DNA of 64,000 nt. Source: an uncultured Eubacteriales bacterium. GTDB lineage: Bacteria; Acidobacteriota; Aminicenantia; Aminicenantales; Aminicenantaceae. The stretch spans positions 48,228-112,227 of the forward strand of contig CAYFXE010000001.1 of assembly GCA_964347035.1 (NCBI GenBank), read 5' to 3'. The notes beneath the pieces are model-generated. The model was not told where the DNA came from. It was given only the letters and a program-made list of their open reading frames with translations, and did not search any database. Positions 9,997 to 19,477 of this stretch are shown piece after piece. How positions within the stretch are numbered: position 1 is the first letter of the stretch; the number at the start of each line of letters is the position of its first letter. A program made the translations under genes and the position numbers.

Positions 9997-11136
9997 TTAT
10001 TTCCTCGAAATTCTTAAGAAGTCTTCTTTTTCCGACCCTGTTCTTTTCAAGCAGTGAACGAGAATGTTTTCTTCTTCGTCTGTTGTTCCGTAAAAGATAT
10101 AGTGCTTTGAAATTCTTAAGCTTCTGTAATCAGTCGATATTTGGGCTAAGGATTTTCCATCTTCGTCGAGCAGCCAATAATTTATGCTTTGCTCATCTTC
10201 GCTCCAGCGCCCTGAAATCAGAATATTTCCCTCCGCTGTTAGATCTATTCTGCTGAGGTTGGGTCTTTTTTCGTAGATGGATTTTTTGTATTTTTCGATC
10301 ACCCGTCCGAAGCGACTATACCAGGCTTTATCCCTTATACTTTCTTTTCTCCATTTCTTCCATCGGTCTAGGTCCTTCTTGGTGACCTTTTTGGGCTCAG
10401 GAAGAGGAGTTTCGATTTCTTTGAGCAAATTTCCTCTGTAGTCGAGGACCTTCAAGCTCGTGCTCAATCCGTCTGAAAAAAGTACGGTATTACCTTTGAA
10501 GGGACACCAGACAAAGACGGGGGTAAACGGGATTCCCAAGTCGGCTCCCTGGTCATAATAAGATATTCTTGTGTAATAGCTTGTTCTTTTTATCCGAGAA
10601 ATGATATGCCCATCTGAGTTAATGATCATCAGTTCCTCAGGAAAGCTCTGGAGAAAATAATCTTTTTTCTTCTCCGGTCTTCCCACAAAGGAAAATTGGA
10701 AGAGATAATGGCCGTCGGGTAAAGATATGGCTCTGTCGACGCCGAATCTCTCTTTTATATCAATTTTTATGACTTTATCGAATTCGCCTGACAACTCCAT
10801 TATGGTAATCCAACGATGCCCTCCAAAATATTCTGTGAAAAATAGCCTTCCTCCTGGCGTGAATCCAAAGTTGACACCGTCGGCTCGTTGGATTTCCCCT
10901 GGGCCTTGTCCCTTTCCACCGATTTTAAGCAGAAACTCACCCTTGGGGGAATAGACCTTAATATAAGAATCAGCCATGTCATAGACATAAATATTCCCGT
11001 CTGGTCCTTCTTCGATCTGGGAGGGATAGATCAACATCCCTTCTCCTTCTTCTCTTCCGATGATAACAGCCTGATCCTCAAATCCCAGCAGAAAACATCC
11101 CAAAAGCAAACACAGAATCAGTAATGTCTGTCTCAC
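9997..11136 (-). CDS. Secreted beta-propeller (NHL/6-bladed-like repeat) protein
   Basis: N-terminal signal/lipobox-like LLGC. Repeated YxYD/G-rich blade-like segments (NIYVYDMADSYIKVY...). Confidence 0.45.
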   Translation of the reverse strand: MRQTLLILCLLLGCFLLGFEDQAVIIGREEGEGMLIYPSQIEEGPDGNIYVYDMADSYIKVYSPKGEFLLKIGGKGQGPGEIQRADGVNFGFTPGGRLFFTEYFGGHRWITIMELSGEFDKVIKIDIKERFGVDRAISLPDGHYLFQFSFVGRPEKKKDYFLQSFPEELMIINSDGHIISRIKRTSYYTRISYYDQGADLGIPFTPVFVWCPFKGNTVLFSDGLSTSLKVLDYRGNLLKEIETPLPEPKKVTKKDLDRWKKWRKESIRDKAWYSRFGRVIEKYKKSIYEKRPNLSRIDLTAEGNILISGRWSEDEQSINYWLLDEDGKSLAQISTDYRSLRISKHYIFYGTTDEEENILVHCLKRTGSEKEDFLRISRK

Positions 11137-11363
11137 TATCGCTTTCCTGAATGATCAGTATTTATTATTGTCAGATTAATCTTTAATTTTGGCAATATTA
11201 TTTTGAGTTTAAAATCGTTGCCGTTGACTTCAAAAAATGCCTTTGTTATAAAAAGGATTCTTCACGTTGAAAACGGATGTAGAGGGTATAGTGCAAGATC
11301 TCACCCAGGAAACAATGGTGCCTTCATCAGGATAAACAAAGTTTAATTTCTCAGGAGGTCAAA

Positions 11364-13394
11364 ATGAGAAAAATTACACTCTTTTCCTTTTCTCTTTTGC
11401 TGATTCTTTCCTTTGCCGGACTTCAAGGGCAAGAGATATTCGTTGAAGCCAAGACAAAAGACGCTGCGAAAAAGGCCCTGCTCGAAAAATATGGAGAGTC
11501 ACAGCGATTCCGCGTAGAAAAAGGCGTTGACCAAGTCGCCTCACTCTGGAAAGAAGAGGATGGGACGCTAAAGGAATTTGAAGACTTCTGCCAACAGTAT
11601 TTTATCGGCTCTCCTGAGCTTCTGGATCTGAATTTCAGCAGGCTGGAAACAAGTTTTGAAGTCCTGAACGGGAACTTCACCAAGATGATCATCGATTTAA
11701 AGCGTCCTCTTGAGCTTGATTGGGGCAAGATTCTTCCCCTGGATATGGTGTTCGGGCAGTTTAATCCCTCGTCGCACCTGATAGAAGACCTTTTTGCGAA
11801 TACAGTCGCGTTTTTTGTCCTCCTGAACTTTCCTCATTATTCCCTGGCAGAAAAGACCGAGTTGAGCCCAAAATGGAGCCGTAAAGACTGGGCCTACGCC
11901 AGGATGGGAGATGCATTCATCTCGAGAGTTCCCGCGCATGTCTTCCAGAAAATATCCCAGGTCATGACAGCAGCAGATACGTATATTTCGGAATACAATA
12001 TATTCATGGGAAAACTCGTGGACGCTAAGATGAAAACCTACTTTCCAGAGCACCTCAAGCTCATCAGTCACTGGGGCATTAGGGATGAGTTGAAGTCCAG
12101 ATACAGCGATCCTGAGGGTTTTTTCAAGCAGAAGATGATCTACGAAGTCATGATGAGGATCATCAAACAGGAGATTCCAGAGATCGTGATCAACAACCCT
12201 GATTATCTCTGGGATCCCTTCGGGAACAAGGTCTATCAAGACGGAAAAGAAATCGAGGCCATAAGAGAACCGGATACCCGGTATAAGCATTTCATCCAGA
12301 CGTTTAAAGGAATGAAGATGATCGATCTCTACTACCCTTCACTGCCGACCCATATCAAGAGAAGGTTCGAGGAAAACCGGGAAATACCGGAGGCAGAAGT
12401 TGAAGCTCTGTTCACAAGCTTTATTTCGTCACCTCAAGTCCGGAAAGTCGGAGAACTTATCAGCCGGCGGCTGGGGAGGAAGCTGGAACCCTTCGATATT
12501 TGGTATACGGGGTTTAGGTCCGGAAGTTCGATTCCTGAGGAGAAACTGGACAAGATAGTGGCTGAGAGGTATCCAACCGCGGAAGCCCTCCAGAAAGACT
12601 TGAAGAATATCTTGATGAAACTGGGATTTTCCCAGGATCAAGCCGATTTCATCGCTCCCAAGATTGTGGTGGATTCCTCGAGAGGTGTGGGACATGCCTA
12701 CGGAGCAGAGATGAAGTCGGATAAGTCACGCTTGAGGACCAGAGTCCCTAAGACAGGAATGAAGTATAAGGGATTCAACATCGCCATCCATGAATTTGGG
12801 CACTGTGTGGAGCAGACTCTCACCCTCCAGAAGGTTGACCACTATATGCTTCGCGGCGTTCCCAACACAGCCTTTACCGAGGCTTTTGCTTTTGTTTTCC
12901 AGGAAAAAGATCTTGATATTTTGGGGATCAAAACTGAAGATCCCCACAGGAGACACCTGAAGGCCCTCGATGATTTCTGGAATGCCTATGAAATCATGGG
13001 TGTATCTTTGGTGGATATGAAGGCTTGGAACTGGCTTTACGATCACCCCGAGGCCACCCCTGCTGAACTGAAGGAGGCGGTCATCTCCATCGCAAAGAAC
13101 ATATGGAACAAATATTATGCCGACGTTTTCGGAGTCAAGGATCAGCCTATTCTCGCCATTTATTCCCATATGATTGATGCCGCCCTGTATCTTCCTGATT
13201 ACCCTCTCGGACACGTTATCGCCTTCCAGATTCATCAATACCTTGAAGGAAAGAGTCTTGGTGAAGAGATGGAAAGGATGTGTGTGGCCGGGAATATCAT
13301 CCCCCAGGCCTGGATGCAGAATGCCGTCGGCTCAAAGATTTCGTCCAGGATGCTGCTCGATGCCGTGGACGAAGCCTTGGAGCATATGAAGTAG
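11364..13394 (+). CDS. Secreted zinc metallopeptidase, HExxH gluzincin (M3/M32-like)
   Basis: Signal peptide plus the HEFGHCVEQ motif; 676 aa. Confidence 0.5.
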   Translation: MRKITLFSFSLLLILSFAGLQGQEIFVEAKTKDAAKKALLEKYGESQRFRVEKGVDQVASLWKEEDGTLKEFEDFCQQYFIGSPELLDLNFSRLETSFEVLNGNFTKMIIDLKRPLELDWGKILPLDMVFGQFNPSSHLIEDLFANTVAFFVLLNFPHYSLAEKTELSPKWSRKDWAYARMGDAFISRVPAHVFQKISQVMTAADTYISEYNIFMGKLVDAKMKTYFPEHLKLISHWGIRDELKSRYSDPEGFFKQKMIYEVMMRIIKQEIPEIVINNPDYLWDPFGNKVYQDGKEIEAIREPDTRYKHFIQTFKGMKMIDLYYPSLPTHIKRRFEENREIPEAEVEALFTSFISSPQVRKVGELISRRLGRKLEPFDIWYTGFRSGSSIPEEKLDKIVAERYPTAEALQKDLKNILMKLGFSQDQADFIAPKIVVDSSRGVGHAYGAEMKSDKSRLRTRVPKTGMKYKGFNIAIHEFGHCVEQTLTLQKVDHYMLRGVPNTAFTEAFAFVFQEKDLDILGIKTEDPHRRHLKALDDFWNAYEIMGVSLVDMKAWNWLYDHPEATPAELKEAVISIAKNIWNKYYADVFGVKDQPILAIYSHMIDAALYLPDYPLGHVIAFQIHQYLEGKSLGEEMERMCVAGNIIPQAWMQNAVGSKISSRMLLDAVDEALEHMK

Positions 13395-13440
13395 CGTAAG
13401 GATTGCTCACCATTGCCTGGGAAAGAGGAGAGAGAAGACG

Positions 13441-14073
13441 ATGACGAGAAAACTGGGTTTTATTCTCATATTCGTATCTTTAGTCTGCCTAGGGTGCCCT
13501 TCAGGGCCTAAAGAAGAGATTCGCTGGGTCACCATGGAAGACATTGCCAAGAGTCTGGAGGACCAGCCGCCGATGAACGTCGGGTTTGATGTGGATGATA
13601 CTGTTCTGTTTTCTACGGCTGGCTATTACTACGGTCAACAGAAGTATTCGCCAGGAAGCAATGCTTATCTCGAGATGGAAGAATTCTGGAATGAGTTGAA
13701 CAATGGGTTGGACAGGTTCAGTCTGCCCAAGCAATGTGCTAAGATCTTGATCGAATTCCATAAAAACCGGGGAGATACCATCTATTTCATCACGGCCAGG
13801 TTGAAAACTCAGACGGAAACAGTGACAGAGCTGCTCGCCAAGACGTTTAACCTGGACAACATCAATCCGGTGATCTTTACCAATTTAAAAGCGAAAGCCA
13901 TTCTGGCGAAAGAGATTCAAGTCTACTACGGAGATTCAGACGCAGATATGAAGGCAGCCATCGAAGCCGGAGTTCGAGGAGTCAGGATCATGCGGGCTGG
14001 GAATTCGACCAAAAGACCGTTCCCTGAATACGGTGCTCTAGGAGAAGAGGTGCTTGTCGACTCTGAGTTTTGA
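13441..14073 (+). CDS. aphA: Class B acid phosphatase (HAD superfamily), lipoprotein
   Basis: Collinear match to E. coli AphA: FDVDDTVLFS...FITAR...YGDSDAD...GVRGVRIMRAGNST...GEEVLVDSEF. Lipobox LVCLGC. Confidence 0.85.
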   Translation: MTRKLGFILIFVSLVCLGCPSGPKEEIRWVTMEDIAKSLEDQPPMNVGFDVDDTVLFSTAGYYYGQQKYSPGSNAYLEMEEFWNELNNGLDRFSLPKQCAKILIEFHKNRGDTIYFITARLKTQTETVTELLAKTFNLDNINPVIFTNLKAKAILAKEIQVYYGDSDADMKAAIEAGVRGVRIMRAGNSTKRPFPEYGALGEEVLVDSEF

Positions 14074-14214
14074 AGACTGACACCCCCCTCCCGCCTAGAG
14101 TGCAAATTAATCTATTATATCCATAGGATAAATAGATTATAAATCGCTCATGTTGTCCAATAAATTGCCCTCCTAGAGGATCCTTCATAAGGAAGAAACC
14201 TCGCTCTTTTCCGA

Positions 14215-14243
14215 TTGACAAGCTTCAGATGCTCTGTTATAAG
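14215..14243 (+). promoter_or_regulatory. Sigma-70-type promoter TTGACA-17-TATAAG embedded in an 11 bp inverted repeat
   Basis: TTGACA at 14215..14220 and TATAAG at 14238..14243 with an exact 17 nt spacer. The flanking palindrome ttgacaagctt...aagcttgtcaa (14215..14251) looks like an operator. Confidence 0.55.
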
Positions 14244-14318
14244 CTTGTCAATAGTAAATTAAGGACGTAAATTAGCTGAGGAATAGACAGGAGCTGTATA
14301 AGCTCGAGAGATGAGTGG

Positions 14319-16847
14319 ATGGGTGTTGAATATTCTCTGCAAACAATCCGAAATTTAGAGAATCTCTTTCAAAGCCTGAAAATCCTCAGGCCTCGCCGTC
14401 GGAAGCGGTATGATCCCGGCACCGAGCTCAAATATAGAATCAAAGGCATCTTCCCAGCAAGAGAAGGACAGATTAGACTGAAAATTGAGCGCTTTGTGGG
14501 GGGTGGTTACGCGGGTCAGGTATACCGGGTGAAGGCTCTGAAGGTAGACCCCGACGAGGAGCCGATCGTCGGCCTTAACGAAGGCTATTCGTACGCCTTG
14601 AAGATCCTCGTCCCCCCAGGAAGATTTTCAAGGTGGTTTCGCAAAATAATTTATGGCCTTGCTTTTCAGGCGCCTTACTCTCTTCAGGTCAATCCTGATG
14701 CAGTCCGAGCCGGAGCCCTCTGGCAGAAGCTGATCCGGCACGGAGCCAGAACGAAGTTCGGTTCTGAAGATGCTGTTGTGGATGTTCTGGCCACTTTCGT
14801 TGACCACGGCCTCGGGAGTTGTGGTGAGATCAGCGAGTGGGTTGAGGGACGGGTGTGGCGGTTTGAAGTGGATGATAATCTGGATGCTAGGATGGGATGG
14901 AAAGTCGGCGAAAGCGAAGAAGGCCTGGGTTCTCCTGAATACCGGGCCAAACGAACTTTTATGGCTAATCTTGTAGCCCTGATGCATGATATGGGCGCTT
15001 CGGAGTTAGCTCGCCAATACGAGTGGTGGACGTTCAAAAGCCAGCCGAATGCGCTCAAACGAGTCGCGAGCGATCCTGACCCTATACAGGGATTAGTCGG
15101 AGTTGATTTCCGGGCCGGCTTGGCGCTCCTTCCATTTTTGCCTCAGTGTCCTGGCGATTTTAAGCTCATCATTAATGGAATCAAAAGAGGCAGTTTAGTC
15201 CAGTTTGACCGAGGAAACATCGAGAAACTCTTGGGCTTCATCGAGAAGCAGGCGGATAACTTTGCTGGAATGGAGGAGGCTGTTTCGGAACTCAGGGAGG
15301 CTGACAAGGCCTACCGCGATTCCTTGCCTGATATTTCCCATCACCATCTTAAATTATTCACCAGTGCAAGATTGTGGAAAGCCATCATGACTAGCAGCAT
15401 AAAAAGCTGGCAAATTCGGGATATCATCGATCAGAAAGCCTCAGAAAAGCTTCCGCGGAAAAGAATTTTAACCCTGATTTATTGGATCTTGGGCCTGCTC
15501 CCGTTTCTGGGGAATTTTATACGTCGAATAGGAGGGCACGCTGTTTATCGCCAGCATTACAAGCATATGTTGACAAGCTTTAATTATTTCCTGCGAACCA
15601 TGCGAGCCGGCATTACCGAGGCCCTGATCCGCTGGCACAGAGCAGGACGGGTCAATGCCCACCGGGCAGAGAAGCTCGCCAGTCAACTCCTGAGGTTCCT
15701 TGCTCATCTACCGCTCTCCATCCTGCCGGCGAAGATGCATCGTTTTTTTTCAGATCGACGGTTTTTTCTCCAATCGATCGATTATATGTTTGCCAGGCCG
15801 ATCAGGCTCTATTTCAAGGCCGATGTCAGGGAGAAGTGGTTGCGGGACATGGTCTCCCAGGGACAGAAAGATGGCATGCTGACCGAAAGCGAAGCTGCCA
15901 GCGTCCAATCCCAGATAAAGGAACCATTCATCCAAAAATACCTGAAGAGTCTGGCTGTTCATATCTGCACTGCCCCGATAACTCAGATCGTCTCGGTCAT
16001 CGTGGCAGTTATCTATATCAGGATGCATCCGGAACTTTCCTGGCAGGAGGCCTCAGTCCATGCCGGACTGATCTTAGGCTTTTTTCAGATTATCCCAATT
16101 TCCCCGGGTTCGATCGTCAGGGGACTGTATGTTACCTTCCTGGTTATCCGAGAACGAAATTTTAAGGATTATAATATTGCTTTCTTTATAAGCTTCTTCA
16201 AATACATCGGTTATCTGGCCTTTCCCATCCAAATGGCCTACCGCTACCCGGATCTCGCCCGTTTCATGGCTGGCCGCTGGGCAGTGGGTGTCTCGCACAT
16301 CGTCCCTGTTTTCGGGGAGCGGGGAGCACTGCTGGAACACTCGGTCTTCGATATGTTCTACAACTATCCCCTGACCTTAAGACGGCGTATGCGAAGCCGC
16401 CGGGACCGCCGGGCGGGTTTGAAGTCGAGATACTGGCATGTTCCCTTGTGCATAATCGCCGGGACGGCTCTTCTAGGGGCTATCGATATGGGTTTTTTCC
16501 GTATCAGGGGATACTTTCCTCAGTTCGGCGAAATATGGTGGCTGGCATTATGGATTCCTTTTGTTATGGCGGCGGCGACCTCTGCCTTGGCCGGGGGAGC
16601 ATTTCTTTCAAAAAGATTTCTCATGGGCGTGGGTTGTGGGATCTTGATCGGAGTCCTTTATGCAGTCCTGAGTGCTGTCGAAGGCCGTTTTTTTATCCAG
16701 GGAGAGGCCGAGATGTTAACCTCGATACAACTTGTCGGCCGGATAGCTGTTGCCGGGCTGTGGAGAGCCTTTCTGTTTGCCATCATGGCCGTCGTCGGTG
16801 TCTTCATCATAGAGACGAGGCGCGTCAAACCGGTCCTTTCTGAATGA
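14319..16847 (+). CDS. Atypical protein-kinase-like domain (ABC1/UbiB/Kdo-kinase-like) fused to a large polytopic membrane domain
   Basis: N-terminal Gly-rich loop GGGYAGQVYRV, VAIK-like YALKIL, HDMG and VDFRAG (DFG-like). The C-terminal ~450 aa contain many hydrophobic helices. Confidence 0.45.
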   Translation: MGVEYSLQTIRNLENLFQSLKILRPRRRKRYDPGTELKYRIKGIFPAREGQIRLKIERFVGGGYAGQVYRVKALKVDPDEEPIVGLNEGYSYALKILVPPGRFSRWFRKIIYGLAFQAPYSLQVNPDAVRAGALWQKLIRHGARTKFGSEDAVVDVLATFVDHGLGSCGEISEWVEGRVWRFEVDDNLDARMGWKVGESEEGLGSPEYRAKRTFMANLVALMHDMGASELARQYEWWTFKSQPNALKRVASDPDPIQGLVGVDFRAGLALLPFLPQCPGDFKLIINGIKRGSLVQFDRGNIEKLLGFIEKQADNFAGMEEAVSELREADKAYRDSLPDISHHHLKLFTSARLWKAIMTSSIKSWQIRDIIDQKASEKLPRKRILTLIYWILGLLPFLGNFIRRIGGHAVYRQHYKHMLTSFNYFLRTMRAGITEALIRWHRAGRVNAHRAEKLASQLLRFLAHLPLSILPAKMHRFFSDRRFFLQSIDYMFARPIRLYFKADVREKWLRDMVSQGQKDGMLTESEAASVQSQIKEPFIQKYLKSLAVHICTAPITQIVSVIVAVIYIRMHPELSWQEASVHAGLILGFFQIIPISPGSIVRGLYVTFLVIRERNFKDYNIAFFISFFKYIGYLAFPIQMAYRYPDLARFMAGRWAVGVSHIVPVFGERGALLEHSVFDMFYNYPLTLRRRMRSRRDRRAGLKSRYWHVPLCIIAGTALLGAIDMGFFRIRGYFPQFGEIWWLALWIPFVMAAATSALAGGAFLSKRFLMGVGCGILIGVLYAVLSAVEGRFFIQGEAEMLTSIQLVGRIAVAGLWRAFLFAIMAVVGVFIIETRRVKPVLSE

Positions 16848-16920
16848 TCGATTGTCAGGAACTGATTTTTTTAGAAAATTTGAACCCTGCTTGAATATTA
16901 AAGGCATAAGGAAAGAGAGG

Positions 16921-18192
16921 CTATTTTTGTCTTGAATATTTTTTCACGAAACGCTTTGCATTAGCTTCGTAGACCTGCATCTTTTTCTCATCTTTGGTGA
17001 CCTTTCTGACAAATATCCCCTGTTTACGATCGATGAGTCCGCCTCGGGCATTGATGATATCCATTGCTTGGGCAAGCCATGTCTGGATGACCGGAAAGTC
17101 GGGATGATGCCGATCGTTCTTATCGATTGGGTATATAATTTTTTTAGCCGCCCAGTAGTCGAGGGCTACCGGATCCTGACTGGCGGCTATCTGCCGAGCA
17201 TGGAAGGTGCTGCTTGCCGGGAATCCAGAGAGCGAGCGATGGGAAACCCAAATGGCGTCCATGATGTTTAAAACCGGTGTGCAGACCGAGACCATCATCT
17301 TACCGCAGGTTTCTCCAAGGCCATTGTAATGACGGAAGGAGCTGTAGCCATCAGACATGGAGAGAATGCCGTAGAAATGTTTAAGGGATGCCGTTATCTC
17401 CGAGCCGCCAGTATCATGGTGCTTAAGCACAGGGACGTTGATCAACTTGAGATTCTTGGCGTAGCTGGCACCTTTCCAGATGCCCCTCTGCAATTCTATC
17501 CTGTGTCCGCCTTGGGTTGTGAAGCAGGGATAGGAAACGTTTTCGTATCTGCGGTATCCATCTGTCACATGGTTGTCTTCAGCGATAAACCGGCTTCTTA
17601 TGGGGTCGAGAAGATAGCAAGAAACGCGAGGATCCCTGAAGATGTTGTCGACGAGATAGGTAAAGGAGTGGGATTCATCAAGCGCATTGGCGTGAACATC
17701 ATTGTCAGTATAATGTTCTCTTGTATCACAATTCAGGCTGCCTCGGCCTTGGCCGTTCTCAAAAATCACGACCTCGCCTGTGAAGATATCAGGGTGATCC
17801 AGAATTCTCTGGATTAGACCCCGGATGAGGTCGCTGTTGGTACAGCCTCTGTATTTCCACTGGGCATTAACCTTGATCAGAACCACGTCCTCAGGCCCGA
17901 TCATGCCTTTCCGGCTCCCAAGAATGGTTTTTTTATCAGAACGGTAAAATTTTAGTCCCTGTTCACTCATCAGGTGGAGAAGGCAGTCGATTCCAGCATG
18001 ATAATTTGCTTGGTCATCGTGATAAAAAGGCTGCTGAGGTGTCTTTTTCACCCAAAAAAGCTCATTTTTTTTGTTTATCCCTTTGGTGTCGAGGAACACG
18101 GACGGAATGAGAGAAGCGGCGAAGGCTCCGCCGGCGACCGTCTTCATGAATTCTCGCCGGTTGTACCTTCGATTTTCTTTAAAATTATTCAT
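16921..18192 (-). CDS. Tat-secreted DUF362-like protein
   Basis: Twin-arginine signal RREFMKTVAGGAFAASL. The core VVLIKVNAQW...HPDIFTGEVVIFENGQGRG resembles the DUF362 pattern. Confidence 0.45.
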   Translation of the reverse strand: MNNFKENRRYNRREFMKTVAGGAFAASLIPSVFLDTKGINKKNELFWVKKTPQQPFYHDDQANYHAGIDCLLHLMSEQGLKFYRSDKKTILGSRKGMIGPEDVVLIKVNAQWKYRGCTNSDLIRGLIQRILDHPDIFTGEVVIFENGQGRGSLNCDTREHYTDNDVHANALDESHSFTYLVDNIFRDPRVSCYLLDPIRSRFIAEDNHVTDGYRRYENVSYPCFTTQGGHRIELQRGIWKGASYAKNLKLINVPVLKHHDTGGSEITASLKHFYGILSMSDGYSSFRHYNGLGETCGKMMVSVCTPVLNIMDAIWVSHRSLSGFPASSTFHARQIAASQDPVALDYWAAKKIIYPIDKNDRHHPDFPVIQTWLAQAMDIINARGGLIDRKQGIFVRKVTKDEKKMQVYEANAKRFVKKYSRQK

Positions 18193-18249
18193 GGTAAATT
18201 ATGTGACATAGTAATTTAAGAAATTGTTTTTCTCAAGTCAATAGATATT

Positions 18250-18340
18250 GCTGCTGGGGTCAGGCCTTATCCCAAGGTTTTGTACTCGGGTAAAAGTAGA
18301 GACAGAGCGCTTCTGGACGACAAGGCCTGACCCCAGCAGC
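18250..18340. repeat. ~91 bp intergenic element with perfect 19 bp terminal inverted repeats (copy A), MITE/REP-like
   Basis: gctgctggggtcaggcctt ...53 bp... aaggcctgaccccagcagc. A second copy at 50770..50858 carries the internal segment in reverse-complement orientation. Confidence 0.75.
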
Positions 18341-18368
18341 AACCGAGAAGGTCAGATGGATTTTTGAA

Positions 18369-19445
18369 TTATAAATACTTATCTTTGTCTTTTTTTCTGA
18401 GGATCTCCACGATATCCTTGACTTTCTGGTCCTGGTCCTTATGACAAATGAGCAGGGCGTCTTCGGTGTCGACCACGACCAGATCCTTAACCCCGACAAG
18501 GGCAGTCAGCTTGCGGGGATTATGGAGGAGGCAGTTTTCTGCGTCCAGAGCAATATTTGCTCCTCTCAAGGCATTCTCTTTATCGTCCTGAGGCCATATG
18601 TCTCTTAAAGAAGACCAGGCCCCTACATCTGACCAGCAGAAATCCCCCACGCCCATCCATACATCTGGAGCCTTTTCCATAAGGGCATAATCGATAGAAA
18701 TTGAGGGGATATCGTCAAAAATAGCCTGGATATTAGCAGCGTCATCTTTTTCAAGGGCGCTCAGAATCCTCTGCCAATACAGGAACATCTCAGGAGCATA
18801 TTGTTCAAGCTTTCGAGCAAAGACAGAAACCTGCCAGATAAACATCCCCGAGTTCCAATAATAATTCCCTTTGTTCAGGAAGGATTTAGCTTGTTCGAGC
18901 TCTGGTTTTTCTTTAAACTCCAGAACCTTGAAGAACTTCTCTTCCCTGATTCGTGTCGGGCTTTCCTCAGAAAACTGAATATAACCGTATCCTGTGGCCG
19001 GATGAGAAGGGGGAATGCCAAAGACAATCAGGTTTTCGCTGTCCGAGGCGGCAGAAGCTCCAGCTTCAAGCTTTATGAGGAACACATCAGCTTCCCTGAT
19101 GAGATGATCGGCGGGGAGGGCAGCTACCACAGCCTCTGGATTCTGATGGTGAATCGAGGCTGTCGCCAGGATTAACGAGGGAGCCGTGTTTTTTCCCTGA
19201 GGCTCAACCAAAAGGTTGGATTCAGGGATTTCTGGCAGGAGCTTGTGTCTGGCCTGGGTTTGCTCCTCGTTGGCGCTGGTATAGATTCTAGAATAAGGAA
19301 TGGATGGGAGAATTCGATGGACGGTTTCCTCGATCATCGTTTTGTCGCTGATAATCGGGAGAAATTGTTTTGGTTTCTTCTTTCGGCTCAAAGGCCAAAA
19401 TCGAGTTCCAGTTCCCCCTGCCATGATCACTGCCCGAAAGTCCAT
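18369..19445 (-). CDS. manC: Mannose-1-phosphate guanylyltransferase
   Basis: MDFRAVIMAGGTGTRFWPLSRKKKPKQF nucleotidyltransferase N-terminus and overall GDP-mannose pyrophosphorylase architecture. Confidence 0.8.
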   Translation of the reverse strand: MDFRAVIMAGGTGTRFWPLSRKKKPKQFLPIISDKTMIEETVHRILPSIPYSRIYTSANEEQTQARHKLLPEIPESNLLVEPQGKNTAPSLILATASIHHQNPEAVVAALPADHLIREADVFLIKLEAGASAASDSENLIVFGIPPSHPATGYGYIQFSEESPTRIREEKFFKVLEFKEKPELEQAKSFLNKGNYYWNSGMFIWQVSVFARKLEQYAPEMFLYWQRILSALEKDDAANIQAIFDDIPSISIDYALMEKAPDVWMGVGDFCWSDVGAWSSLRDIWPQDDKENALRGANIALDAENCLLHNPRKLTALVGVKDLVVVDTEDALLICHKDQDQKVKDIVEILRKKDKDKYL

Positions 19446-19477
19446 TTTTTCCTCGTCTGAAAAGAATAAATTTCAAA

